From the NCBI GenBank assembly GCA_050950825.1, contig JBMNIH010000002.1:520210-584209 (forward strand): a stretch of DNA of 64,000 nucleotides. The letters are read 5' to 3'. The translations under genes and the position numbers were made by a program. How positions within the stretch are numbered: the first letter of the stretch is position 1; each line of letters starts with the position of its first letter. The stretch is from Clostridia bacterium. Lineage in GTDB: Bacteria; Bacillota; Clostridia; JAAYHZ01. Of this stretch, positions 18,804-28,782 are shown in pieces. Below the pieces are notes generated by a model that was given only the letters and a program-made list of their open reading frames with translations, ran no database searches and had not been told where the DNA came from.

Positions 18804-19985
18804 TTACGCTTGTTTCATGACGATGGCCTTTACGGGGCAAAGGGCTTCGCAAATGCCGCAGCCTACGCATTTTTCAGGATCGATAACCGCCTTTTTGTTT
18901 ACCATTCTTACGGCATCGCAGTGAGCCGGCTTTTCGCATTTGCCGCATCCGATGCATTTTTCCGTATTAACGGAAGCCCAACCCTTCAACGCTTCCAAAT
19001 CCTTGGAGGAACGCAAGTATTGCAGGGATTTTCCCGTTATTTGACCGTAATCGTCGTAACCCATTTTTTGAAGGTATTTTTCCATGCCCTCCACTTGCTT
19101 TGCGATATTCTCCCAGCCGTACCACATGGCCGCCGTGCAAACCGTTACTAACGTGGCACCCCACATCATCATCATAATGCTGTCTTCCCACGTTTCCAAA
19201 CCTCCGCCGCCTATAACGGGAAGATTCGTTTTCTTCGCAATGTTTGCCACAAGGGAAAAGCCCATAAGCTTGGTTGCAGGTCCGCCTAGGCTGCCGTGAG
19301 CCACTCCGTTCAAAAGATGATATCCGGGCTTTCCTTCGTTGTAGATGTCTACAAGAGGAAGAGACGATTGGGCGCCTGCCACGCAGATTCCGTCCGCTCC
19401 GGCATTTTCCGCCGCTTTTGCCGTCACCCCGATATCCGCAACGTTAGGTGTAAGCTTCACCACCACGGGAATCTTGACGGAGTCTTTCAAAACCTTTACG
19501 ATGGCGGCAATCCTCTCCGGATTTTGACCGGTAACCGCTCCCCCGTGCTCGGAAGAAGAAATGGCTTCGGAGCCGAATATGTTTCTTGTGGATAGTCCTA
19601 CGTTGGGGCAAACCATATTGGCTTCGATCAAATCGGCACCCGCTTCTTCGTGTTTTCGAGCAAGAAGGCTCCAGCCGTCCGGGTCCGTACCGTCATGGGT
19701 GATGTTGGCAAAAAGCTTTAACGAGGTCCTTTTCTTTGCTTCGTCGATCAGCTTTAAGCTTTCCTCCATATCGTGTCTTCGATCGTAGCATATGATGCTT
19801 CCGTTTTTTAAATAGGTGTGCATTCTTAGTTTTCCGTAAAAGGGCTGCTTAATAAAAGCCAATTTCGTGCTGACACCGGCGGCTCCCGCTTTTTCCGCTT
19901 CAATCAACCGATCAATGGTGCTGGTCAGAGGACTGGATGCGATGACCATAGGATTTTTAAATGAAACTCCGCAATATTGTATCAT
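18804..19985 (-). CDS. Dihydropyrimidine dehydrogenase PreA-like / dihydroorotate dehydrogenase-family flavoprotein with ferredoxin domain
   Basis: FKNPMVIASSP, EANMVCPN, VVKLTPNV and IGGGG motifs; C-terminal CIGCGKC and CVGCGICEALCP. Confidence 0.75.
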   Translation of the reverse strand: MIQYCGVSFKNPMVIASSPLTSTIDRLIEAEKAGAAGVSTKLAFIKQPFYGKLRMHTYLKNGSIICYDRRHDMEESLKLIDEAKKRTSLKLFANITHDGTDPDGWSLLARKHEEAGADLIEANMVCPNVGLSTRNIFGSEAISSSEHGGAVTGQNPERIAAIVKVLKDSVKIPVVVKLTPNVADIGVTAKAAENAGADGICVAGAQSSLPLVDIYNEGKPGYHLLNGVAHGSLGGPATKLMGFSLVANIAKKTNLPVIGGGGLETWEDSIMMMMWGATLVTVCTAAMWYGWENIAKQVEGMEKYLQKMGYDDYGQITGKSLQYLRSSKDLEALKGWASVNTEKCIGCGKCEKPAHCDAVRMVNKKAVIDPEKCVGCGICEALCPVKAIVMKQA

Positions 19986-20011
19986 TTCGACCTCCGATTT
20001 AGAGTATGTAA

Positions 20012-20114
20012 ATAACTGGTTAGTTACTTTATGTTCTAAAAAATATCCCGTTTAAGGGACAAAGAATAAGTAACCGTTTGGTTACATTATATACAAAACG
20101 CTTTGTAACGTCAA
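20012..20114 (-). promoter_or_regulatory. Sigma-A promoter with two palindromic operator candidates
   Basis: Minus strand TTGACG (20114-20109), 17-nt spacer, TATAAT (20091-20086). Palindromes GTAACC-N4-GGTTAC (20070-20085) and ATAACT-N4-AGTTAC (20012-20027). Confidence 0.7.
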
Positions 20115-20208
20115 TACTTTTCTTTGTAATATATTATGGATCTTTTTAGCCAAAGAAAAGCGGAACCCTTTTTAGGTCCCGTCTTCATTTACCTTCTTTC
20201 ATTTTAAT

Positions 20209-20865
20209 TCACTCTTTAAAATCTATTTTATTGATATGCTCCGTAATTCGTTTTAAGATCTCCTCGCCTTTTTCCTTCGTCACTTTCCCCTCTTTGACCT
20301 TCAACTCGATATCCGCTTTTGCTTGCGCCAGTACGGCTTCCTTGAAGCGGGTCAGATTCCCTTGGGCGTGAGCCAATTGCCATACATTCTTATCTTGCTT
20401 TTCGCATTCCGTTTTAATCTCGTCAATGCTTTTTCCGGTTAATTCGCTGTAGATTTTAATAAATTTTTCTTGTCTTTGCCTCATCTGTTCCGCCTTTTCT
20501 TTACCGGGAACGGGGCATGTTTCATCGCTTTTTTCCCGGGTTTCTAGAGGTTTTTTCGGCGGTTCTTTCCGTTCCTTCGGAAGAGCATTCAATTCGCCTT
20601 TTGAAAAGTCTTTCCTCTTTTCCATGGAGAACCGTTTGTAAATGATGTCGCCTTCCGATTCCTTCATTTTCTTTTCCAAATCGGCGATCTTTTTGTTCGC
20701 ATCCTCTTTGGAAATCAACCGGTCTTTGACTTTTTGCTCCATCAGAGCTTTATAGAATTCCAAGTACTTTTTTTCAATTTTCGACATATTGCCGGCGGCA
20801 TAAGCGACACCGGCCGTCATGATTAGGGTCCATGCCAATACCAAAGAAACAATTTTCTTCATCAT
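20209..20865 (-). CDS. Secreted Lys/Glu-rich helical hypothetical protein
   Basis: Signal peptide MMKKIVSLVLAW..AYA; two repeats of the form KVKxxxI(S/T)KExxxxI. Confidence 0.7.
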   Translation of the reverse strand: MMKKIVSLVLAWTLIMTAGVAYAAGNMSKIEKKYLEFYKALMEQKVKDRLISKEDANKKIADLEKKMKESEGDIIYKRFSMEKRKDFSKGELNALPKERKEPPKKPLETREKSDETCPVPGKEKAEQMRQRQEKFIKIYSELTGKSIDEIKTECEKQDKNVWQLAHAQGNLTRFKEAVLAQAKADIELKVKEGKVTKEKGEEILKRITEHINKIDFKE

Positions 20866-20968
20866 GATCCTCCGTTTGAATTTTTTCATAGACTTATTAT
20901 CATTCAGGAAGGACCGTCCTATACTTGGCTATTTACGGTAAAAGCATTTTCATTTCTTTAATATGACA

Positions 20969-23719
20969 TCATCCTTTAATTTTCATAACGATGAAAATCG
21001 CGGCTGCAACGATCGCCGCCACAAACAAGAAAAATCGTATTTTCCGGTTGGTCAAAAGGATAAACGTCACAGCTATCAATAGGAGCCCTAAAGCAATCGG
21101 AATTAAAAGTCTTCGATTGTGCTTGAACATCCCGGATAAGTTGCCGGTTTCCATCACATATCTTGCCAATTCCTTAATCGTATCCACAATGTAGAATTTT
21201 ACGGGATAAAAGCGATCCTTCATACTCTTTTTGAAAAAAGAATCCTTCCGGAACGGTTCTTCATCCGTCTCCGTTGTCAAGCCGCTTTCAACAATCGCCT
21301 TTTGCCCTTTGCTTACCGATTTCAAATCCCCGGTCATGTCCAATTCGTGAAGAGCATAAAAGACCGTTCCCGCATAACAGGATACGGCAGGCTCCTTTCC
21401 GGTTTCCAGCAGGCATTCGGAATTTTGCAAAGAGCTTTTGTAGGTTCCGGCGTCCCCTTCGAAAAACAGTATGTTTCTTGTTTTTTTGCTTTTGTTGCGG
21501 ATGTAAGCCTTGCCTTCTTCCAAGCTTCCGTACACGATTCCCTCGCAATAGTCGCCTATTACATACTCAGAGTGCTTGTCCAAAAAGATTTCGGATACCA
21601 AAACCGAATCCAGATAGATATGAACGACGGCTCGTCCTTCTCCGGTTGTCACCCTGTCGGCGATGGACAATGGATACGGGTTATCATCCTCCGTTAACAA
21701 AGCGGTATTTTCTTTACCGGTAAGGGACACCTCTCCTTCCGACTTGTAGAGAATCGCCTTCATGTGAAACAATCTTCCCGGAGCAATGTCCTCGCTTAAA
21801 TAACCGAGGATATCATTGTATACTTCTTCGGTATACAAAAGGGACGGGGTATGATCGGCAAAAGATCGAGAATGAGCCAGCTGCCAATAGGTTTTGTTCA
21901 CCGTACCGTTTAAGTAAGCGGACCACAAAGGTATTACACCGTCACCTTCCATAAAGCCGGGCTTTCCCGAATAGGAGGACAGATTGGCATACTGGACCAT
22001 GGCGTTGATGTGTTCTCCGTATGCTTCCCCGTCGTTTAGCTTGTTTAAAAAATCGCTGTCATAGGTCAATTGCTTTTTCAAAACGTCGCCGAATCCCGAC
22101 CATTGAGGGGAATTCTTAATATCGCTCTCCTTCAGGCCGTGGTTCGGAACGGCGATTAGTATACACTTTCGAATATCGTTCCGATACATGGGGGAAGCGA
22201 TATAGCTGCGAGTGATCAAGCCTCCGAATCCAAAGGAAATCGTATCGAAGCACGTAATTTTAATTCCGCTTCCCGTCATCCGGTCCTTTAAGTCCTTCAA
22301 GTAGGAGGATAAACGCTCGTTCATAATTTCCAAGGCCTCATCCGCGGAGGACTCGCTGTGTCGAAATACGGTGTATCTTTTCTCTTTCAAAAAATCCAAA
22401 AGGCCTTGCTCTTCCTTATCGGGTAAATCCTTACCGGAAACGAACAAGACGGGAGGCCGATATACCTTAATTTCCGTTGCCAATTCCACGGGAATGCCGT
22501 TATCCGGAGTATATGTAAATCGAAGGGGTACCGTTACGTAATAAAGCTCTTCTCCCATAAAGGTTTCTTTTTTCAAATCCCCTTGAACATACTTAGGAGG
22601 TACGTATTCAAATTCCATGATCTCGCCGGGATTTTTGATTTTTTTCCTTTGGAACAGTCCGTGGGAAATGATCTTTCCGGTTTCCGGCTGCAGGATGTCC
22701 AAAACACCTTTGTTCATTCCGCTTAATACGACACGAATTTTTAAGGTTTCCACCCCGTCCGCCGCGATGCCGTTGTAAACGATGCCGTTTATGATGTTCT
22801 TTTCCGTTTCCACATAAGCATCCAGAACCGGGATTACGATATCCTCGGTAAAATCACCGCAGGATACGGTATATTCATAGCTTGTTGCGTTTTTATCGTT
22901 ATGGGATACGGTAAATACCCCTTGTCCGGTTCCGAAAGGCAGGCTTTTTACGGTTTTACCGGTTTTCTTGTCCGTAAGGACAAAGGAATCCAAGGGCTTT
23001 TTCCCGGTGTAATTTTCCGAATAGTAAACGATGACGGTAATTTCCACGGTGTCGGTCGTTTCGGAAAAGCAAGAGGGAGAAAAAGTCGTTTCCATATAGG
23101 GGCGGCTTGTGCTTTTTGCATCCGCGACGGAGGCTTGCTGCAGCTTTTCGTATAAAGCCGTTGTAAAAGCTTCCGCGTCTTTTTGGATACCAAGAGGATA
23201 GGACAGGACGATTAAATAGTTGTATTTGACAAAAGCCGTAGTTCGCTTTTGTATTTCGTCCATGGTGTAATCCAAGTATTTATAGGTCCCGGAGTCGGTT
23301 TTTTCTTCCGACCGCTTGATTTGTTTTAAGCTTTGATCCAACCCGGAAAGATATTTTGCGTAACCGTCGCTGAAAAAAGATAAGGCATGGGCCGCATCTT
23401 GTTCTTTATAAAAAGATGTAATTTCAACGGTTAGCGTATCATCCTTCGATTTGGATACCAAATCGCATTGGTACCCGTAGTAAGGTTTGGAATCTCCCGT
23501 TTTGGCCAGCCCGTATCGTATGATTATATCGTTGATACTGATTTCGTCCGTCTTGCTTATGGTATTTTCGATTGCATATCCTTTCGGAACGGCCTGTTTT
23601 ATGGCTTCGGCCACCTCTTGGGACGACGGTTTTGCAACAACAACGACACAAGCACAAAGGATTATGATGAATACGAGAGAAGAAATGATTTTCCTCATTC
23701 TTTTTTTCGGCAAAATCAC
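20969..23719 (-). CDS. Large secreted, C-terminally anchored protein with a degenerate alpha/beta-hydrolase domain and a FecR-like beta region
   Basis: N-terminal signal/TM; YRPPVLFVSG, ISFGFGGLITRSY, IAVPNHG and GDGVIPLWSA; DRVTTGEGRA; two C-terminal TM helices. The start may be at 23698. Confidence 0.65.
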   Translation of the reverse strand: MILPKKRMRKIISSLVFIIILCACVVVVAKPSSQEVAEAIKQAVPKGYAIENTISKTDEISINDIIIRYGLAKTGDSKPYYGYQCDLVSKSKDDTLTVEITSFYKEQDAAHALSFFSDGYAKYLSGLDQSLKQIKRSEEKTDSGTYKYLDYTMDEIQKRTTAFVKYNYLIVLSYPLGIQKDAEAFTTALYEKLQQASVADAKSTSRPYMETTFSPSCFSETTDTVEITVIVYYSENYTGKKPLDSFVLTDKKTGKTVKSLPFGTGQGVFTVSHNDKNATSYEYTVSCGDFTEDIVIPVLDAYVETEKNIINGIVYNGIAADGVETLKIRVVLSGMNKGVLDILQPETGKIISHGLFQRKKIKNPGEIMEFEYVPPKYVQGDLKKETFMGEELYYVTVPLRFTYTPDNGIPVELATEIKVYRPPVLFVSGKDLPDKEEQGLLDFLKEKRYTVFRHSESSADEALEIMNERLSSYLKDLKDRMTGSGIKITCFDTISFGFGGLITRSYIASPMYRNDIRKCILIAVPNHGLKESDIKNSPQWSGFGDVLKKQLTYDSDFLNKLNDGEAYGEHINAMVQYANLSSYSGKPGFMEGDGVIPLWSAYLNGTVNKTYWQLAHSRSFADHTPSLLYTEEVYNDILGYLSEDIAPGRLFHMKAILYKSEGEVSLTGKENTALLTEDDNPYPLSIADRVTTGEGRAVVHIYLDSVLVSEIFLDKHSEYVIGDYCEGIVYGSLEEGKAYIRNKSKKTRNILFFEGDAGTYKSSLQNSECLLETGKEPAVSCYAGTVFYALHELDMTGDLKSVSKGQKAIVESGLTTETDEEPFRKDSFFKKSMKDRFYPVKFYIVDTIKELARYVMETGNLSGMFKHNRRLLIPIALGLLLIAVTFILLTNRKIRFFLFVAAIVAAAIFIVMKIKG

Positions 23720-23783
23720 CCTCTCCGGGGGTTGAAAATGCCGATTGTCACCTCCTGTATACTACCTCAACATCTATTCGTAT

Positions 23784-24989
23784 TTATTTTATGGATGAGC
23801 GGAGCTTACCCGCCGCTATTTCTTCCGCAAGTCTTCTTCTCGCCTTTCCGAAGAAAAGGATCATAGGAAGGATCGTCATTAAAGGCAGAATGAGCATGGC
23901 ATATTGAACGCTCCCGCTTTGGTCGGCGATATACCCGCATAATGCGGGGAAAATCATGCTGCCTAAGCTTGCACACACCGTAAACAGTCCCGTTAAGGCG
24001 CCTTTTTTATCGGGAAGCATAAGGCCGCCTATGGCAATGGATATAGGCGAAAAGGGTGACATAAATATGCCGATGAGAAAAGAAAAGATCATGCCGTAGA
24101 GAGCCGAAGGCGACATCAAAGTCCCTATTCCCGTAATCAAGGTTCCTGCAAAGCTAAAGGCCAATATACGATTGTATCCTAGCTTTTCCGCCGTCATACT
24201 CCAGACCAATCGTCCTAACGTAACGCCGCCGTTGATTAACGCCAAAGCGGTTGATGCAACCATGGGAGTTACCAAATAATGATACTCAAAAAAGGTGTTG
24301 GTAAAGGATTTGAATGTATTGGTGCCCCCTACCATAACAAACAACATGAAGCATAAGTACAAAAGCGGTCCGGAAAGGGCGGATAAAGGCATACCGGATT
24401 TTTTCTTTTCCGGGATACCGCCTGCGGCTTCGGCTTTTTCATAGCGCAGCTTAGGTATGAATAGGAAAATGATAAGCCCCGTTAAACCGATGAATAAAAA
24501 GGGGTACTGCCAATTTTCGTACCGGTTTAAAATCAATCCGAATGCAAGAGGCCCGATCATTCCCCCCAAACCGAAGAACATGTGCAGTAAGTTCAAAACG
24601 CTTCCCGGTTTTTCCGGGTATAAATCCGTTATGAGCCCGTTTGCGGCGCCGTCCATAAAAGCGTGTCCCCCGCCGAACAATACCATGGCAAGGTAAAACA
24701 AGAATCCGAAGGGGGCAAATCCCGAAAGAATTCCTCCTAGGATGATGACAAAAACACCGATCCGAAGCACCCAAGGCTTCGACCATTTGTCGGCTAAAAT
24801 CCCCGCCGGTATTACCAGAATCAATCGGGATGCCGACATGACCGATACCGCAAGCCCCATATTCAAAAGAGACACTCCGGCTTGTGTATTCATAAGAGGT
24901 ATCACAACCGCCAAAACCGTATTCATCATACCGGTTAAAAAGAAAGTAATTAATATCCCTGCCGCTTTAATAATTCTTTTATCTTTCAT
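23784..24989 (-). CDS. MFS transporter
   Basis: About 12 TM helices; motif A GILADKWSK; LNLLHMFFGLGGMIGP. Confidence 0.9.
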   Translation of the reverse strand: MKDKRIIKAAGILITFFLTGMMNTVLAVVIPLMNTQAGVSLLNMGLAVSVMSASRLILVIPAGILADKWSKPWVLRIGVFVIILGGILSGFAPFGFLFYLAMVLFGGGHAFMDGAANGLITDLYPEKPGSVLNLLHMFFGLGGMIGPLAFGLILNRYENWQYPFLFIGLTGLIIFLFIPKLRYEKAEAAGGIPEKKKSGMPLSALSGPLLYLCFMLFVMVGGTNTFKSFTNTFFEYHYLVTPMVASTALALINGGVTLGRLVWSMTAEKLGYNRILAFSFAGTLITGIGTLMSPSALYGMIFSFLIGIFMSPFSPISIAIGGLMLPDKKGALTGLFTVCASLGSMIFPALCGYIADQSGSVQYAMLILPLMTILPMILFFGKARRRLAEEIAAGKLRSSIK

Positions 24990-25202
24990 AAAAACTCTCC
25001 CATGTTTTACCCATTATATCATCCTTTTTTCATGTAGAACATTGTTTTGCGTTCGAAACTTTCTCTTTTTTACGTTTCAGGTTCGCTATAAGGCCTCTCC
25101 CCTGTCGGATTCCGGAAGGGATTTACCGGATTTTTCAGATTGAAGGATGCCGGTGCGGAGATTATAATGAAAACAAACAATTTATATATCAAGGTGTGAC
25201 AC

Positions 25203-26159
25203 ATGAAAAAGAAAGCGATAAAAACATTTCTTATGTCAATCCTTTTGGTATTGGCTTTATTTTCAAGCGTTCACGCGCACGCAGCCGGCACCTATTACAC
25301 GGTGAAGCAAGGCGACAGCTTATACAAAATTTCAAAAAGCTTCGGAATCTCGGTGGATAACCTGATGAAAGAGAACAATTTGAAATCCACGATCATTTAT
25401 CCCGGTATGAAATTAATCGTAGGGTTATCGGAGACGTCACCCGTAAAAATTACGGTAAACGGACAGCCGGTTTTAACCGACGGCTTTATTCACGAGAACC
25501 GTACCTTCGTACCGATTCGATTTATCAGCGAGATGTTGGGAGCCGAAGTGGATTGGTTCCCGGAAGAAAAATACGCAGCGGTTATACATAATCAAAAAGT
25601 GATTTTATTAAAATCCAACGAAAGCAATGTCTATGTAAACGGTATTCATCAAATTATCGACGCGCCGGCCATGAATATGAACGGCCGTATATTCGTTCCT
25701 CTTCGTTTTGTATCCGAAACCGGCGACGTGGCGGTGGAATGGGACGGGGATCAAAAAATCGTCCGACTGACTGTGAAAGAAGGCGTAAAGCCTGCTCCGT
25801 ATACCCAAGACGATTTGTATTGGCTGTCGAGACTCATTCGTGCCGAAGCGGAAGGCCAGCCTCTTTTCGGGCAATTGGCCGTCGGAGCCGTGGTGATGAA
25901 TCGGGTATATTCGAAGGACTTTCCCGATACGGTCAAAGAGGTCATTTTTCAACCCAAGCAATTTACACCCGCAGCCAACGGAACCATTTACAAGGAGCCG
26001 GGCAAAAGGTACGAAACCGTAGCAAAAATGGTACTAAACGGCTTTATAGCGGATCGAGAGGCTTTGTTTTTTCTCAATCCGGATAAGTCCACAAGCTTTT
26101 GGATCGTCAATAACAAAACCTACGTAGCATCCATCGGCGACCATGATTTCTACAAGTAA
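25203..26159 (+). CDS. LysM + copper-amine-oxidase-N + SleB-like cell wall hydrolase
   Basis: YTVKQGDSLYKIS (LysM); RTFVPIRFISE and RIFVPLRFVSE; LSRLIRAEAEG..AVGAVVMNRV..FPDTVKEVIFQ..IGDHDFYK. Confidence 0.9.
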   Translation: MKKKAIKTFLMSILLVLALFSSVHAHAAGTYYTVKQGDSLYKISKSFGISVDNLMKENNLKSTIIYPGMKLIVGLSETSPVKITVNGQPVLTDGFIHENRTFVPIRFISEMLGAEVDWFPEEKYAAVIHNQKVILLKSNESNVYVNGIHQIIDAPAMNMNGRIFVPLRFVSETGDVAVEWDGDQKIVRLTVKEGVKPAPYTQDDLYWLSRLIRAEAEGQPLFGQLAVGAVVMNRVYSKDFPDTVKEVIFQPKQFTPAANGTIYKEPGKRYETVAKMVLNGFIADREALFFLNPDKSTSFWIVNNKTYVASIGDHDFYK

Positions 26160-26164
26160 TCGGT

Positions 26165-26196
26165 AAAAAAAGGGGCGTTGCGCCCCCTTTTTTTTA
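26165..26196. terminator. Bidirectional intrinsic terminator
   Basis: A-run, GGGGCG-ttg-CGCCCC, T-run, between convergent genes. Confidence 0.8.
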
Positions 26197-27675
26197 TGCA
26201 AACGGATTCTCCGTCTTGTAGCGTTCTCCCTTCGGTTGGTTGTATGACAAATCGTCGATGCCCAACAGCTTCATGGCATCGAACAGGGTCTTTCCTGCAT
26301 GGGCAAAACCGACGGCGGAGTGATGAGGGAATTGCTTTTCCAAAAGCACGTGTCTGTAGAAACGAGGCATTTCTTTTACTCCGATAATGCCGATTCCTCC
26401 GAATGAGCAAGGATCCACATCCAAAATTTCGCCGTGGGCCATATAGGACTTCAGTTTGCAATCGGAAGAGGACTGCAAACGGAACAAGGTTACGGGACCG
26501 GCCTTCAAGGAACCGTCCAAGCATCCGCGGGACATATAGGGTTCTTTGTCTCCTTCCAGCAAGCGGTGCATGATCAGCTGGTAGCTCATCACGGGCTTGT
26601 TTACGAAGCATGCCGACGTGTTGCCGCAGTGGAATCCCATAAACAGTTCTCTTAATTCATAATCGTATTTGCCCTTCACAAACGTGTTGTACATGTCCAA
26701 AGGTACCGTATTGTTAATGTCCAAAAGCGTCGGAGGCAAACCGGTGGCACAGGCCAAGATGTATTCGCTTAAGGCACCGTAGATATCGGTTTCGCAAGCG
26801 ATGGGTATCCCTTGTTTTGCAAATCTTCCGTTGATGTAACAGGGAACAAAATGGAATTGGGTTTGGAATGCCGGCCAGCATTTGTTGGCAAATACGGCGT
26901 ATCGGCAAGCGCCTTTGTTTGCTTCCATCAAATCAAGGAGCGTCAATTCGTACTGCGCCAGTTTCTCCATAAGATCCGAATAGGTGGTCCTGCCTTCCAA
27001 CTCTTCTTCGTATTCTTTGACCAAGGACGGGATTCTCGGATCGCCTTTATGATTGTTGTACGCTTCAAAAAGGTCGAGCTCCGAGTTCTCCATGATCTCG
27101 ACTCCCATATCAAACAAGGGCTGTATGGGGGCGTTGCAGGCGAAAAAGTCTTGGGGTCTCGGTCCGTAGGTGATAATCTTAAGGTTCTTCATCCCCACAA
27201 GGATTCGTGCTATGGGTTGAAAATCCCGTATCATTTCGGCGATTTCGTCCGGAGAGCCTACGGGGTATTCCGGAATATGAACTCTTGTATTCCGAAGCTT
27301 AAGGTTGTAGGAAGCGCTTAACATACCGCAAAAAGCGTCTCCCCGATCGGAAGACAATACGCCGATGTTTTCCTCCGAAGCGGCGGCAAACATAACGGGG
27401 CCTTCGAATCTTTGCGCCAGCATGGTCTCGGGACCTTCGGGACCGAAGTTTCCTAAGAACACCGTCAAAGCGTTCACGCCTTTGTCTTTCAGCTCTTTTA
27501 ACACTTCCAACGTATCTTTTTCGTTTTCGATCACTTTTTGTATATTAATGACATCAATCCCTTTGGACTCGCAGGATGCGGCAACGGCATCTCTCCTGCT
27601 CGCAGACAATGTCAGCGGAAAACAATCTCGGCTGACGGCCACAATTGCGTTCTTAATAACCGGTATATTTCTCAT
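26194..27675 (-). CDS. L-fucose/L-arabinose isomerase family protein
   Basis: AVSRDCFP, LGNFGPEGPE, RGDAFCGMLSASYNL, KCWPAFQ, CETDIYGA, FMGFHCGN and FPHHSAV motifs. Confidence 0.85.
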   Translation of the reverse strand: MRNIPVIKNAIVAVSRDCFPLTLSASRRDAVAASCESKGIDVINIQKVIENEKDTLEVLKELKDKGVNALTVFLGNFGPEGPETMLAQRFEGPVMFAAASEENIGVLSSDRGDAFCGMLSASYNLKLRNTRVHIPEYPVGSPDEIAEMIRDFQPIARILVGMKNLKIITYGPRPQDFFACNAPIQPLFDMGVEIMENSELDLFEAYNNHKGDPRIPSLVKEYEEELEGRTTYSDLMEKLAQYELTLLDLMEANKGACRYAVFANKCWPAFQTQFHFVPCYINGRFAKQGIPIACETDIYGALSEYILACATGLPPTLLDINNTVPLDMYNTFVKGKYDYELRELFMGFHCGNTSACFVNKPVMSYQLIMHRLLEGDKEPYMSRGCLDGSLKAGPVTLFRLQSSSDCKLKSYMAHGEILDVDPCSFGGIGIIGVKEMPRFYRHVLLEKQFPHHSAVGFAHAGKTLFDAMKLLGIDDLSYNQPKGERYKTENPFA

Positions 27676-27951
27676 CCTTCTTCCTCCCGCAAAAACGTTT
27701 GATAAAATTATTGTAGCATGGAAATTTTCCGTAAACAAGAAAAAACAAAAACGGGAAAACTCCCAAGGACTTCAAAAGACGCGGATACGCTCGTTCTATA
27801 CGGTTTTATATAATTACAAAGAGTCTTTATTACGGTATTTTATGCATCTTTTTTTCGGAAACGGAAACGGTTTTACCGCCGATTTGACAAAAAGCAAGGA
27901 GGAAAATACAATAGTCGTAATCCTTAACGAAATATAAACGAGGTTTGTTTT

Positions 27952-28722
27952 ATGGTTTATGTAGATGTTCATACTCACTATGACGATCCTAGGTATGATC
28001 AAGATCGGGACGAAGTATTGTCAAGACTGCCCCAAGCCGGGCTTCGTTACGTAATAAATGCCGGATCGGATCGGCAGACTTCTTCCCTGTCTTTGATGCT
28101 TGCCGAACAATATCCTTTCATGTATGCTTGCTGCGGTATCCATCCTCACGAGGCCATCACTTATAGACAAGACATTTCCGAAATCGAAGAAATGCTTACG
28201 CATGAAAAATGCGTCGCCGTCGGAGAAACCGGTCTGGATTACTATTACGAAAACACCCAAAGAGAGATTCAAATGGAATCCTTCCGCAAGCATTTGGAAT
28301 TGGCGGTACGATACCGTTTGCCCGTTATCATACACAACCGAGAAGCCACAAAGGATTGCCTGGAGATTTTGCAGGAGTACGAACCGCAAGGGTTAACGGG
28401 AGTATTTCACTGTTTTTCCGGCAGCAAGGAAACGGCGAAAATCGTTCTTAACAAAGGATACTATATCTCCGTCGGAGGACCCGTAACGTTTAAAAACGCA
28501 AAAAAAATCATTGACGTTGTGCAGTACGCTCCGTTGGATCGCCTGATGACGGAAACGGACTGCCCCTATTTGGCACCGGAGCCGAACCGAGGGAAAAGAA
28601 ACGATTCTTCGAACATTCCTTTCGTCCTGCAAAAAATAGCGGAGCTAAAGAACGTATCTTCGGAAACCGTAGCGGAAGCCGTTTTGAGCAATACAAAGAA
28701 GCTTTTTCAAAAGATCCGATAA
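27952..28722 (+). CDS. tatD: TatD-family deoxyribonuclease
   Basis: DVHTH, GIHPH, VGETGLDY, IIHNREA, FHCFSG and ETDCPYLAP motifs. Confidence 0.93.
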   Translation: MVYVDVHTHYDDPRYDQDRDEVLSRLPQAGLRYVINAGSDRQTSSLSLMLAEQYPFMYACCGIHPHEAITYRQDISEIEEMLTHEKCVAVGETGLDYYYENTQREIQMESFRKHLELAVRYRLPVIIHNREATKDCLEILQEYEPQGLTGVFHCFSGSKETAKIVLNKGYYISVGGPVTFKNAKKIIDVVQYAPLDRLMTETDCPYLAPEPNRGKRNDSSNIPFVLQKIAELKNVSSETVAEAVLSNTKKLFQKIR

Positions 28723-28727
28723 ATGCC

Positions 28728-28753
28728 AAAAAGCGCCTTTGAAGGCGCTTTTT
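28728..28753. terminator. Bidirectional intrinsic terminator
   Basis: AAAAAGCGCCTT-tg-AAGGCGCTTTTT between convergent tatD and transketolase. Confidence 0.8.
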
Positions 28754-28782
28754 ATCGATAACTTTTGCTATGATCAATTTTT

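Noticed and set aside
25080-25200. c-di-AMP or c-di-GMP riboswitch upstream of the LysM cell wall hydrolase
   Set aside because: GC-rich stems are present but I could not find the conserved aptamer motifs. An Rfam scan would settle it.
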